Below are positions 26,972 through 39,452 of a stretch of DNA of 64,000 nt, piece by piece. Origin of the DNA: Phaeosaccion multiseriatum (lineage: Eukaryota > Protista > Ochrophyta, other classes); contig OZ218950.1 of assembly GCA_965112735.1 (NCBI GenBank), positions 5,084,001-5,148,000 on the forward strand. The letters run 5' to 3'. Both the position numbers and the translations under genes were made by a program. A model generated the notes under the pieces. It worked only from the letters and a program-made list of their open reading frames with translations. It ran no database searches and was not told where the DNA came from. The first letter of the stretch is position 1; every line of letters starts with the position of its first letter.

Positions 26972-27241
26972 GACTCTCTGCCGTCCATTTGTCTCGGTGT
27001 CTCCCTTTCTCTCTTTCTGTCTGTCCGTGCGCCTGTCCCTCCATCCAACCGTCTTTCTGTCTGTCCGAACTCTCGTCTGTCTGCCTGCCCGTGTGCTGGA
27101 GCAGGTGGGAGGTCCTCTCAGCAACAACACGCCGAGCGCCTGCAGCTCGAGGACATGCTGGAGAGCAACGCGGTGTCCAACCTGCCCCCTGCAGAGGCGT
27201 GGAGAGTGCTCAGGAGGAGGGAGGGCCTTTGGTCGGGCTGA
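21761..27241 (+). CDS. RINT1: RINT-1/TIP20 family ER tethering (Dsl1/NRZ) subunit, multi-exon
   Basis: LLLRPMVQRFSFHFEGQQPTSRVERPEWFVSFL matches the family RF.FHF...T.R..KPEW signature. Also QRWIEMDR, VQVRFVEELQRPLLSKF, CLNSCVYLTTLL, FSLAGGRQLRRDV and a C-terminal VLRRR. Confidence 0.85.
23725..24560. repeat. Two degenerate (CTCA)n arrays in RINT1 introns
   Basis: Read directly at about 23725-24065 and 24328-24560. Confidence 0.9.
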
Positions 27242-27382
27242 CGCCCTTGAGCACTTCTGAAGTTTGCAGTTTGCAGCCCCCTCTTGCTGAGAGGGAATGT
27301 ATTTAGTAATTGCTTCCATCTATTTCAGTGACCAAGGTAAATTAAAAATTGGGAGCCTTACACACTAGGCAACGATCGTAAG

Positions 27383-29761
27383 CTATAGCGCACAGATGAC
27401 TTGTAGGAGAGAGGTGTACTTTTCCACCACATCCGCTCCTCGCAGACTTGCCCACTCCACAGGCCAAACCTGTCCAGTGGTGTCCTCCTTCCCACCCCCA
27501 GCAGGGGCAGAGGTGGACCGACGTACCCCCTTCCCCTGTAGCGCTGCTTGGAGCTTACCCCCCTCCACCGCATGGCACTCCACGCGCAGCAAGGCCCCGC
27601 ACGTGGTCACCTGCACCGTGCAACTCTCCGACATGGGCAGATCATCATCATCATCATCATCATTACCATCACCTCTGCCTCCGCCCGCCGCAGAGGCTCC
27701 AGCCCCACCCTCCACGAGGAGCGTAAGCGAGCACTCGTGTAAGCTCAACACATGCGACACTCGGCCGCCGCCGCTCCCTTCCCCCTTTCCTCCTCCTCCT
27801 CCTCCTCCTCCTCCGTCCGCTGAATCCGCCCTACTGGACTGGCAGACTGTGGCGGTGCAGAGGTCCCTAAAGGCGAGGATGACAGCCCGACACACCTCCG
27901 TGAGCAGCAGGGTGCGGAGCATGGCTGCTGTGGGGCAGACGAGGCTGCGGTAGTCCGTGGGTGTGGCCAGGCCAGGCAGCCCGACCACCTCCGCCACGGA
28001 CCCGTCCACGGCTACGATGAAATGGTAGTGTGCTCCAAGCGTCACGTGTATTCTCGACGTGGTGGCCTGGAGGTGTAGGTCGGTCCACTCTGCCCGGAAA
28101 GGCAAGCCTATCTCCATTCCCGTCCCTCTCCTCGCCCTCCCTCTTCCCCTCCTCCCCCCTCCCTCAGAAGATGAAGGATAGTGAGCATCCTCCTCCTCCT
28201 CCTCCTCATCATCATCATGATCATGATCATGTCCAATGGTGGCACACGCGGCGGCCACATCGCTCATTGCCTCAGACACCTCCTGCCGAAAGAGATGATG
28301 GCGGAGCACTTGGATGGTCGGGGCGAGCACCCTCACGCCCTTGTACTCACTGCTCTTGGACGCCAGCTCTCGCAACACCTCGCCCACACTCGCGCCGCCA
28401 CTGGCACTGTTTCGACTTGGAGGCCCAGCTCCTTGTCCGATGGAGCGTGGTGTTGCAAGGCTGCTGCTGCTCTTCTTCGTCGTCGCCTTCGTCGTCTTCT
28501 CTGCGTCCTGTGCTTGCTTCCTCCTCTTGCCATGGAAATCGCGAAGCAGGCAGCAGCCATGCAACAGGGCCAACCGACAGAGGGTGCGGAATTCATGGTC
28601 CACCTCCCTGTCCGTGACGCCTTGCTGCTCGCTGCCTTCACAGTCATGTCCATGCCCCCCTCCCTCTCCCCCTTCCCCCCCCCCCGCGTCATCTACAGCA
28701 GTAGAGGCGACGTGTTTGAGCGTGAATGTCATACACAGAGTGCCGCCGACATTGACAGAAACCTCGTCGTCTAGCACACTCCTCACGGCCATTGACGCCC
28801 CCCCCTGCGACGCCATCGCAGCCGCAGCGGCGCCGTCGCCGGCGTAGGCACTGCAATCGAACCACTCCTTCCCGCAGCCCACGGCCTCCGCCTTGACGGC
28901 CTCGAAGAGCTCCTCGCAGAAGACGCTGGCCTGTACCCTCGATAGATGGGCGTCCACTGCCGCGACGGCTGAAGCCCCCTCTCCTTCTCCTCCTCCTCCT
29001 CCTCCTCCTCCTCCTCCTCCTCCTCCTCCTCCTCCTCTTGTCCCCTGTCCCTCGCCCGCATGTACGTCCTCCATCGGCTCATCTTCCACGTGACCATTGC
29101 CGAGACTGCTCTCTCGAACAGCAGACCATGGTGCAACACCGCCGCTGGCACCCCGACTCGTGTCCCTCCTGCCCCCCCCCACTGCCATCGCCGTCGCACA
29201 TCGGCCAGTCGCTGCACAGCTCAGACGAAGCTCCAAGCTCCTCAGATCGGTGATGCTTCTCGGCTGCCTCTGCCCCCCCCCTCTACTCCTCTCGGAGTCC
29301 GTCACCTCTACATGCCCGTCAACCTCGCTCATTGAGAGGTGTGCCAGCCAACGGAGTTTGTTAGCGCTGCTGACAGGGGTGCCCCCACAAGACTCGTACG
29401 AGCAGTCCACCGCAAGGGGCTCGCCGGGGCGGAGAGGAATCTTCACCACCCCGTGAGTAGGTGCGACTATTCGCCAACGCTGTGGGAGACGGAAAGAGGC
29501 GGGGGGGGGGGGGGGTGAGTACAGAAAAATACAGGCAGACCATGGTCTATCTATCCCTGCCTAACATGCTACGTTCGCCTGTTGGCACCTGCCCTGGCAC
29601 TGACTGACCTGTCGGAGCAGAGCGACATCGTGCTGGAAGGTCTGCTGGCGGCTTGATACTCTGCGGATGTCCTGCGATGCCTGAAGGAGCCGCATTGATA
29701 CCTGCGGGGGGGGGGGGGGGGGGGGGGGTGAATCAATCAAGGACATGGCTGGGGGCTAGCA

Positions 29762-29792
<31 letters not shown>

Positions 29793-31055
29793 TTGCCTCG
29801 CCGAGAGCATGCCACAGCTCGTGCATACAGAGAGAGGGGGAAGAGGGCCGACGCACACGCACCGCTTTCAGACTCTCCTTCTTTCTCTCCATCCTGTAGG
29901 TCAGCACTGTCATCCCGTCCGTCCCTCCGATGGTCTGTAGCGCCCCACCCCAGGACAATACAAGAAGAGAGAGAGAGAGAGAGAGAAAGTAAGGATCAGA
30001 CGAGAAGAGAGAGGCGACTAACGCTCTCCCGCCCCACCTTCTCGGTTGGGTCCTCTTCTGCGGGCCTGGCCACCCTCTCCATGCGCAGAAAGTCTCCTCC
30101 TCGAACCAAGTCGATAAGATTGATGAGTTGGTTCAGCTCCGCCAAGGCCATCTGCGGGGGTGAGTGGTGAGCAACATTGAAACGACTGTACGTTGGACAC
30201 CCCTACATCCCTACAGCATACAGCATCCTCCAAACAGACACACACACGATTCGACACTACGCGCAGACAGTGAGGGCCTTCCCGTCGCACCTGCAGGGAG
30301 GCCACTGTGCCTGCCAGGGGGTGAGTCTCCACTCCGGGTGCGTCCGCTGCATCTCCACCCTCCGCCTTGGCCGCAGGCGTTGTTGCTGACGAGGAGGACG
30401 ACGAAGCTGCTCCCGCGTCCCTGCCTCGCTTCAGTGTAGGCCTCTTGCCCTCGGCCTGTCCGGCCTTCTTCACTCCTTGTGCCGCGGCGGGGTCTTCGGA
30501 TGGTCCGTCTGCATCGTCCGCTCGCTGGTCAGCCTGGTACAGCGCACTCACTGCGAGCTTGAAGTCTTGCGCCATAGACCGTGGCCTGCATTGTGAGGGT
30601 TGTTGCAGCAGGTTAGTTAGTGGAAGGATGGTTGTAATAGATGAAATTGATCTTTCCTTCTCCGAGGTCACTAACCTCGAGGGAAGCGCCTTGCCCTGCT
30701 CATCGATCACGTGTATCGGAGTCCCAGACGGCTCCACGCTCAGAGTCACGGTGGGCTCAACCCCCTCTGGTCCTGGGCCATCTTTCAGTCCTCCTTCCTC
30801 CACCAGGGCTGAGCTCTTGGCCTCAGCGAGGGAGCCCTCTCCAAGATCCTCTCTTGGAGGAGGCTCCTCCATCACAAAGCGCGCCTTGCGTGGCCTTGGA
30901 CAACAATGGTGTAGGGAGGAAGACGAGGGGAGGAGGAAGGGAGACCGTGGAGTGCCATCTTTCTTACTTTTGACCACACACATACGCGACAAGCCCCTCC
31001 TTCTTCTTTTTTGCCGCTCGACTTCGACTGATTTCCCCGCCCCACGCGAGGACAT
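27383..31055 (-). CDS. MED17: Mediator subunit 17 (Srb4)-like, multi-exon; start at 31055 or 30872
   Basis: Motifs LQMALAELNQLINLIDLV, KKESLKAVSMRLLQAS...QQTFQHDVALLRQRWRI, LAVDCSYESCGG and HLSRVQASVFCEELFEAVKAEA, in the same order as the conserved Med17 blocks. Confidence 0.72.
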
Positions 31056-31326
31056 CCTTGCATTGGGGTAAATCCTTGTGCCTACACCTCCTCAGTAACG
31101 CCAGGTGTAGAAAACATCTAATAGGAAGAAGAAACATTGGGGGAGAAGAGAACCAAGCCCGGCAGAGTGTAGTGTAGAAGGTAGTACGGAAGGAGCACAG
31201 CACAGAGGGCGAAGAGAGAGGCCAGTAGAGGCAGCAAGTAGCACGCAGCAGAGGGAGAATAGAGCCAGCAGCGACAGGGTGGAGTAGGTAGCAAGAAGGA
31301 GAAGCGAGAGTGGTGGCGGAGAAGCT

Positions 31327-33362
31327 ATGACGGATGCAACCCCAGACTCTGCTCCAACAGCACCCACTCTGGCGCGCTTTCTACACAAGTACTACGTCCT
31401 CAATGCTGCGGTGAGTCTTCAGTCTCCCGGCTGTGCTCTATACTACGCGGTTGTTTCTCCTAGCCTACCGTACCACAAACGCACACCACACCACCGACTC
31501 TCTTGACGGAGGAAGGGAAGGCCCATACACTCTCCGTTTGCCAACCCCCTTCCCTTCCCCCTTCGTGTTCTCCTCACAGGCCATACTCTCGTACGGACTG
31601 CTACGCATGTCCCTGTCTTCGCCGAGGCTGCTCAATAGTGGCACATGGACAGGACTCACCACGGAGCAAGAGGTCTTTTGCTTTTGCGGCGTTGCGATGG
31701 TGAGTGCGAGCTGTGTCTGTGCTCCCCCCCCCCCCCCAACGATTACCTGTCTTTCTCTACGCTTCCAGGCGCGTCCTTGCTTCAGATGACTGCACATGGT
31801 GACTCTACTGCTGCTGCTGCTGCTGCTCCTGCTGCTGCTGCTTCTTTTTATCTCACGGTAGGCGACGAAATTTCGCAACGCGGCCACCATTGACGAGTTC
31901 ATAGGCAAGCTGTTCTTGGTGGGCAAGCTCGGGGTGAGCGTGCTGCTGTTCTACCTGGACAAGAGGATACTGGTGCTCTTCATATTGGGGCAGATCGGTG
32001 CGTTCTCGCAATGGAGTGTCACGTAACTGATGGTAGAAGTTTTCCTAACCTCCTTTGTGTTTGTCTGAAATCGCCCCCTTTCTCTCTTGCCTCTCCGAAC
32101 CCCTCTCCCAGCTCTCTTCGTGGCGGTGCCTCAGCCCGTCTTCAGTGCCGGAAGTGACGTGACAGACCTCACACCGAGTGCCTTCCGACAAGTGAGTCCG
32201 AAAGGAATACGGAAGCCCCTCTGTACTGCTGCTCCTCCTCTCTCCGTCCAAAGTCGGTGGTTCGCTTGTTGCTGTTCTGAAGGCGTGTCTGTTCGTCTTC
32301 CTCTGCGTGTGGTGGGGTGTGCCTTGTCTCGTGCATCTCAGGAGGTGAGCGAGCCGCAGACCAAGGCCCCCAAGCTCAAGGTGTGGATAGTGCTGTTCCA
32401 CGCAGACTGGTGCTCCTCGTCGGTTCACATGGAGCCCATGTTCGCCAAGCTAGCCCAGAAGTATCAGGTACGGTACTATGAAGGTGCATATGCATATGAC
32501 GGATGCTTGACAACCGCTGCCTCCCTTCCGTTGTGAGAGAGAGCCTTCGTAAAGAACGCGGCTTGTGTTGGAAGAAGATTGCAAAGAGAAAGGCCCAAAC
32601 GCACGCACGCTCGCACGCACGCGCCCCTTGCGTACTCGTATTCAAGTACATTGCTTTCATTTCATACCTGTTTTTCCATCTATTTATCGTTGTTTCGTGT
32701 CCGCTCCTTCCTCAGGACAAAGATCGGCGTTTCGCCAGACTCGACATTGTGCAGGTGAGAGAGCCATCGAATCGAATCGAATGGGACGGGATGCCAACTC
32801 TGTATGGGCCTTGGGCCTCCAACAAAAACCGCCTCCCCCACAAGCAACCCTGTCGTTGAATGTCCCGCCCCACCCCACCCCACCCACCCCTGTCCCACCA
32901 CAGTATCCCGAAGTGGCCGAGGAGCTGAACATCGACACCACCTCCAAGAGTAGTCAGCTGCCGACCCTGGCGGTGTTCCACAGAGGGCGGGAGGTGTGCA
33001 GGCTGCCTACTTTCGACTCCGGGGGGAAGGTGGTCCGGGCGAGACTGGACGAACAGGTGAGACGACGCGTCTTCGTCTCCGTGTCCGTGTCCGTGTCCGG
33101 GGGGTTTCCTCACGGCTTGCGGATGATGATGATGATAATGATGCATCTCTCTTATGCTGTTGACCACAAGAGGTCAGGACCTTGCCCAGCCCCCGTACTG
33201 GTGCTTCCCTCCTCACCTCCACCCTCCCCCCTTTGCTTGCACTTTCCAACGCAGGGCGTGACGAAGTATTTCCAGCTGGACAAGCCCTTGACCGAGACGA
33301 GCTACTTCCACAGTGTCAGCAAGCAACGGAAAGCCGAGGGGAGAAAGGTGAAAGCAAAATGA
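31327..33362 (+). CDS. TMX2: Thioredoxin-related transmembrane protein 2-like, multi-exon
   Basis: N-terminal TM segments (KLFLVGKLGVSVLLFYLD), then VWIVLFHADWCSSSVHMEPMFAKLAQKY, FARLDIVQYPEVAEELNIDT..SSQLPTLAVF..GREVCRLP, and a basic C-terminus ...RKVKAK*. Confidence 0.85.
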
Positions 33363-33816
33363 GTCAAAATAATACTAGTATTCAAAAGACACAGCCACCC
33401 CACCCCACCCCACCCCGCGAGAGTTGCTTTCACCTGTTACCTACCTGTTGTGGACACAAAGCGAGAGCCGCTGCCGCCCAGCACAGGAGATGACGACCAA
33501 AGATTCAGCCCACGCTGCACGACGGAGAGGCTCGTGGAAGAAGGACCAGCTACTTAGAGGCTGCCAGAGGGGGGGGCGGATAACTGTGCCGTAACGGCTG
33601 GATAAGCCCGCCATGCCAGAAGACGGAAGAAGAAGACCACATGGGTTGCGTGGCTCCTCAGGTCTCTTCGGGTCTCCTTGGCACTCTCTCTCTGTGTGTC
33701 TCTGTCTCTCCGCGGCGTTTGCTCTACGTGGTCGGTTGAGTGGGGTGTGATGCCCTCCCATCTCACTCTCTCACTCTCTCTCTCTTCTCTGGGGGATGAT
33801 GGTACTCCCTCCGGCC

Positions 33817-35295
33817 TCACACGAGGGTTCGCCATCGCTTCCCTGACTCCGCCTTGCTGGAATCTTCGGCCACCCATCCCACCTCCACAGCCTTGCTGGC
33901 CAACAGTGACGCAAACGAAACCGCTCCTTGCTCCCCCGCCGCCGCCTCCGCCCCGCCCTCCGCCCCCCTCCCTTCGGAGGCAGCAGCGGACTCTGTCTCT
34001 GTCGTCGCATCGTTATCGTCTCCTTCTGCCGTAGCTGCAAGTGCCCCAATGAGCTCTAGCGCCTCACTGCAAGACACCCTGGAGGGGTCCCAGTCCTTGA
34101 GCCTGCTCAGCACGGCCTCGCTGCCAGAGCCTGTGGAGCATCGCACAGCACAGGGGGAGAGAAAGATGAAAGGGGGGCTTTTGTTCATGATGTGGTCCTG
34201 TGTGACTGATCTTGGGGGAGGGGGAGCCCCCAGACTGACTGGTCGTAAAGCCCCCAGACTGAGTGGTCGTGGAGACAGACGCACCTGTGCAGCAGGCCTT
34301 GAACGAGTAAGCCATCCCATTGGGCTGCACCATGTAGAGCTGGGGGCCGTCGTCGGTGGAGACCTCCCCTAGAGGAGCCGACAGCGGTGCACCTTGCCCG
34401 ACCGCGCCCTCCTCTACTGTGTCCTCCGCAACGACATCATCGCCAAAGCCCGCGATGATGAGCGCATTCGGATACGATCGCTGTAGGCACGTGAAGGAGG
34501 TGCTTTGAATTAAAATGACGTAGAGAGCAGTTGGTTCACGAGCTGTGGCTGCCTCCAATACCACCCATCCATAGTCGCTACTCTGTAATCACTGCTTCAT
34601 CCTCCAGTTTCTGGGATCGTTTCGTACCTGGCCCCAGGTGATGCTGGTGGCATGCATGTGTGCGCCGATCTGCTCCGCCAAAAGCCTCGCCGGCATTGCC
34701 TCACCGTACAAGCGACGATACGCCAGCGCGTAATCCCCTGCTTAGAGCAGCAGTAGTAGTAGCAGCAGCAGCAGCGTAGGAGGGAGGTGTCAGTGGTCCC
34801 TTATCCATCATCCCCGTCCCTCTCCTATTCATCTTCCCTCACCTGCGACGGCTGCCAGCGCCCGTCCGTCAGCCCGCAGCCCCGCGCAGAGCACACCCAG
34901 CCCTTCGTCCACCCTATACATTCGCCCAGAAGGGTGCGTCGAGGAAAGCAATGACACTGCTGGATGAGCCGAGTCACTCCCGGCGCTCCGCCGAGGGGAG
35001 GCCAAGACTACCCCATCTCGGCACCGCAAGCCGAGACAGAGCGCATCCGACCTCACCAGACCAGCGGCGTACTGCACAGGGGGTGGGCAGAGTCCGAGGC
35101 AGTCGAGGAGAGGAGGACAGGACATTAGCAACCAAGGAAGAACGAAGGCCAGATTGGAGAGCGTCCACCTACATCAAGCTGCAGCAAGGTGCCTTCCGGG
35201 CTGAAGACGTTTGCATTACCGTCATTCAGCGAGGCAGCAGCGGCCGCAGCTTCATGGAGCCCCAGTAGAAGCAGCAGCACTAGCCGGATGATCAT
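33817..35295 (-). CDS. Divergent 20S proteasome alpha-type subunit with N-terminal signal peptide, multi-exon
   Basis: Exon 1 is not in the ORF track and reads MIIRLVLLLLLGLHEAAAAAASLNDGNANVFSPEGTLLQLD. It continues YAAGLV..LGLRCRDGVVLA, MYRVDEGLGVLCAGLRADGRAL, YRRLYGEAMP, ALIIAG, GPQLYMVQPNG and CTGSGSEAVLSRL, all alpha-subunit motifs. Confidence 0.8.
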
Positions 35296-35538
35296 ACTGT
35301 GGATTGGGGGAGAAGCTTGAAAGCTTCAAAGCCTTATGGGCTCCCCTCTCCAGTTTTAGTTTCAGCTGCCCTAGCCGGAGCAATCAATTCAGTATTCAGC
35401 GCCCAAGCAAAAGCAAAAAAACGTCACACAATAATTCTCTTAAGGGAAGCCGCCGTGTCTGTGGTGCCCCTGCCGAGAACATATCTTCCTTGTGGGCGGG
35501 CATCCTACGCGTGTCCTTGACGAGTTTCCTTGGTCAAG

Positions 35539-36537
35539 ATGCGCAGCGGAGCCTTGTCGCTGTTATTGGTATTATTGGTGGCGGGCGGGGCTGTGGCTCC
35601 TGCGGCCGGCTTCGCGACGGGCTTTTGCGCTCCAGCGCCACGAAGTGCACTGCATGACAGGTCCTCCAGGACCTCCAACACCAGAGGAAGCGGTAGGGGT
35701 TTGTGGAGGCCCAGTCCCGGAGAAGGCGCCCCTACACTTGCAGCTGCGAAGGGGTTTGCTTCCTCGCCCGCTAGTGGTGGTGGGAGCGGGGGCAGCAGCA
35801 GTGGCAGCAGTGGCAGTAACACAGTCGAGAAGGCCGCGCCACCAGCTGGAGATTCTCTTGCACCTCCGCCCCAACCACTGACCTTGCTGGGTGTAGGCGA
35901 GGCGAAACAGGAACTCTTCAAGCTCATCATGAAAATGTCACAGGCGGGCAAGGGAAGTCCATCGCACGGGGAAGACAGAGAGAGAGTGGGGTATCTGATC
36001 CGCTGCCTGGAGCTCGGCTTCGAGCCGATCCACACACTCGACTTTCTGAATCTCGCCATTGCTGGCAAGTGGCACTTCCTCTTCTCTACCACTCGCATGG
36101 GCGCCTCCGACGCCCGGCTGCGAGTGATGGACTTTGTGCAGAACATTGTGCCCTGTGATGAGCAGGAGGGGGCTGAAGCAGCGGCAGCGGGCACGGGCAA
36201 GGCGACCGTGACGCTAGACTGGGACCTTCCACGCGAGGAGCGCGTGTATGGCACGTTCAACGTTGTGACCTCGTACACTGTGAACGAGAGAGGCCACGCC
36301 GTGCTCGGGCTGGATAAGCACAGCATCGAGACGAAGGACGAAGACCCGAAGGACGTGAGTCTTTTAGTCGGGCTGCTGCACAATGCCATGCCGCCGGAGA
36401 TGTTCGATCCGAGCGGCTGCATTCAGGAGACGACCTTTGTCGATGGGGATGTTCGAGTCACCAAGCAACACGTTGGCAAGTACACCGGGGCGAGGCACAT
36501 CTTTGTGCGAGATCCCTCCATTCTCTCCTCAGAGTAA
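35539..36537 (+). CDS. PAP-fibrillin (plastid lipid-associated) domain protein with bipartite targeting leader; intronless
   Basis: Signal peptide MRSGALSLLLVLLVAGGAVAPAAG|F is followed by an S/R-rich transit-like stretch. The fibrillin pattern is LIRCLE..P...LAIAGKWHFLFSTT, VQNI and ETTFVDGDVRVTK. Confidence 0.72.
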   Translation: MRSGALSLLLVLLVAGGAVAPAAGFATGFCAPAPRSALHDRSSRTSNTRGSGRGLWRPSPGEGAPTLAAAKGFASSPASGGGSGGSSSGSSGSNTVEKAAPPAGDSLAPPPQPLTLLGVGEAKQELFKLIMKMSQAGKGSPSHGEDRERVGYLIRCLELGFEPIHTLDFLNLAIAGKWHFLFSTTRMGASDARLRVMDFVQNIVPCDEQEGAEAAAAGTGKATVTLDWDLPREERVYGTFNVVTSYTVNERGHAVLGLDKHSIETKDEDPKDVSLLVGLLHNAMPPEMFDPSGCIQETTFVDGDVRVTKQHVGKYTGARHIFVRDPSILSSE

Positions 36538-37278
36538 AGAATCAGAGAAGGAAGGAGAGCCGCGGTGCCTGAGAGGGCGGCACAGAGAGGCACCATGCAG
36601 TCAGCGAGGGAAGGCAGAGGCGGCCGAACGGCTTGTTGAACTCAGCACGACTCGCTTTTGGAGGCCAAGAGGAGTCTTCCCTTCCTCCTCCTCTTCCTCG
36701 TCGCACCGGCATACCTCGGTGCGTTGCTCTACCTCCCGCAGAGAGTGTACGTTTCGCCGCCACTGGTCTACAGGAAGCAGCACCACAGCCACGAGGAGGG
36801 GTGTTGCGAGACTGGATGCTTCACTCTTCGTGAGGGAGGCTTCTCACTGGTCCTTGGCAGCTATCGGCAGCGTCAGTGTCAGAGTAAGGGGCTGGACTCG
36901 CCGAGGCCTGTCGCCTGGCAGGGCAGGGCAGGGCAGGGCAGGGCAGGGCAGGGCAGCGCAGAAATGAGACCCGGCCTCCTCGAGCCCCCGAGTCCGACGC
37001 TCATCGGGAGCGCAGCGCCATCTCATAGCAAGGCGGAGGAAGAGCAGCCACGAGAAGGTCAGCTCCAACGTACCAACGTACAGGCACGGGCACGAGGTCG
37101 AAAGCCTTGCCGAAAGGGACGAGCGGCACTCAGCAGCTCACGATCCGCCTTACTGGGCGGGGGGGAAAGAAAGCGCACGACGCCGCTCTGGGTGCATCAC
37201 GCTGTTTGATTACGCAGGCATCTATTGAAGTGGTACAGGAAAACACCCTACTAATACATATGGTCTATGGTCTACGGA

Positions 37279-37858
37279 CTACTCCCCCCCGCCGCTGTCT
37301 CCGCCCATGATCTTGGCCAGCAGCGCTGCCTTCTTCTTGGCCAAGATGGCCGCGCTGATGTCCTCTTGCCTGGGCAGCGGCACGTGGCTCTTGACCTCGG
37401 CATTGTCCAGCGCACCCCCTACGCTCACGCCCGACTCCTTGCTCCCCACCAGTGCGTCCACTGCCTCTGTTACATCCCCCATAGCCTCCGCCTTTTCTCC
37501 CATGTACTCCAACGACAGGCCTTGTTTGGCGCGTTGCTCTCGCCAGCTGTCCTTGGCTTCTGCTATCAGATACTCCTCCCGCTCCGCCTCCTTGGGCTCC
37601 AGCAGCCCGTCCTCGTCGTCCCGGTACCCGTAGTAGTCCGGTGTGATTCCCTGGTACATGTCCCCTCTTGTCCGTCGTGGCGCCTCGGCCTCTGACTTTT
37701 GGAACAGCTCCCTCACCCCTGGTAAGTCTCTTGCTGCTCCAAAGTACTTGTAGCCGCCCCCCCCTCTTAGTTCTCGGCCATCTGAGGCATCACACAATGG
37801 CGAGGCGAGGGGATAAGAGTCGAACGGCAGCAGGAAGGGGTCGACTTCTTGTTTGAAA

Positions 37859-37898
<40 letters not shown>

Positions 37899-38523
37899 GG
37901 TGTGTAGGGCACGTTTCCGCCGTTCATTGACATCCCCAAGCCACAACGTTCCTTCCCTCCACTCTCGCTCACCTGCATCATACGACTTGGCCTTTCCCGC
38001 CGCATAGTTGGGGCCTCCTAACTCTACAATCCGCTTTTCCCAGTGCCCCCTTTCCCTAATAAGCTTATTGATTTGATCGTTCAAGTCCCGGATCTTGTGC
38101 TCTCCAGCACCGGCTGGGAGGGGCGGGGTTAAGCATAGAGCATCCAGTACAGGAGGATAAGAGCGACGAACAGGAGCAGGAGCGGGGGGGGGGCTAGGCA
38201 GCAGCATAGAAGGAAGTAGTCTTCCCAAGGCCAACCAATTTGGCGAGACCTTCGAGCGGAACGTGATCGATTGTCCAAGGGCCCAGTCAAGAAAATCAAT
38301 TGCGTGCGGTCTCCTCAATCTCCCACGCACCGTTCTGAATGTCTCCCATGAGCTTTGTAGTTTCCCTCAAGATGTCCCTCCTCCATTTCTCAGCGGCCTG
38401 CAGATTGTCGCAGTCGGAGGCAAGGAAGGGCCTCCGGCCTTGGTCGCCCCCCTTGGCGATGTTCTCCTTCATCGTCACCCACTTGTTCATCATACCATGC
38501 GACTTCTCCTCATTTCGAGCCAT
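37279..38523 (-). CDS. ISY1: Pre-mRNA splicing factor ISY1 (NTC), 3 exons
   Basis: Motifs [24 protein letters not shown]...[60 protein letters not shown] and [11 protein letters not shown]. Confidence 0.95.
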
Positions 38524-39086
38524 GGTAGCCGCCTGGGCAAGCCTCCTGCTGCTGAAGGCACGCTGTTGTCTAGCTGAGTAGATGTGGGAGCAAAGGCAAA
38601 AGGGGTGTGCCGTAGAGTAAGTCACTAAACGTGAGTTTGCCCTTGCTCATCCCGGGGGGGCCAATTCGCTCCACAAACAAGCCCAGGACGGGAGCGCCAA
38701 AACAAACCAACAGCAGGAGTGAGCAGAGCGAGGACGACTCGTGTATACCTTTCCCATTCTACATAGAGGGGCCAACAAAGCTACCGAAATACGACGGAAA
38801 AATAGGCCAAACGGGATGAAAAGTCGACTGGCATAGCTCCCGATACCCCACCCCATGGCCTATCGCTCCCAGCCTTGGCCAGCACGCGGGAGGAGACGGA
38901 GAGGAGGAAGGAGGGGGAAAGAGAGTAGCAACGTGTCTGCACTGCTGCTGCTTCAGAAAGGACCTTTTTTGGGAAGAAGGTGCGCGAGATTGGAGGATCG
39001 TGAGGCAGCAGAGGAGGGGGCTGAGGGCTACTGGTGGGACGCAACTCTGCCTTCTAGCGGTAGGAGGGAGGAGGAGCTAAGCAGCC

Positions 39087-39314
39087 ATGCAGCCGCAGCA
39101 GCCACCGCCGGCGCAGCATGGGCAACAGCCGCAGCAGCAGCCGCAGCAGCAGCAACCACAGCAGCAAGGGCCACAACATGCCGTGCTTCCAGGGAGTAGA
39201 CCCGAACCAACACATCCGCAGCAGCAGCAGCAGCAGCAGCAGCAAGCCGCGGAGCACATGCAGCAGCAGGAAGTTCACCGACAGTATCAGCAGCAGCAGC
39301 AGCAGCGAGAGCTT

Positions 39315-39345
<31 letters not shown>

Positions 39346-39421
39346 TGCAGCAACGCCAACAGCAACAACTTCATGAGCAGCACCTGCAGCAACAGCAGTT
39401 CCAACAACAACAACAACAACA

Positions 39422-39452
<31 letters not shown>

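Noticed and set aside
35505-36422. 305-aa minus-strand ORF
   Set aside because: Antisense to the fibrillin CDS with no recognisable motifs.
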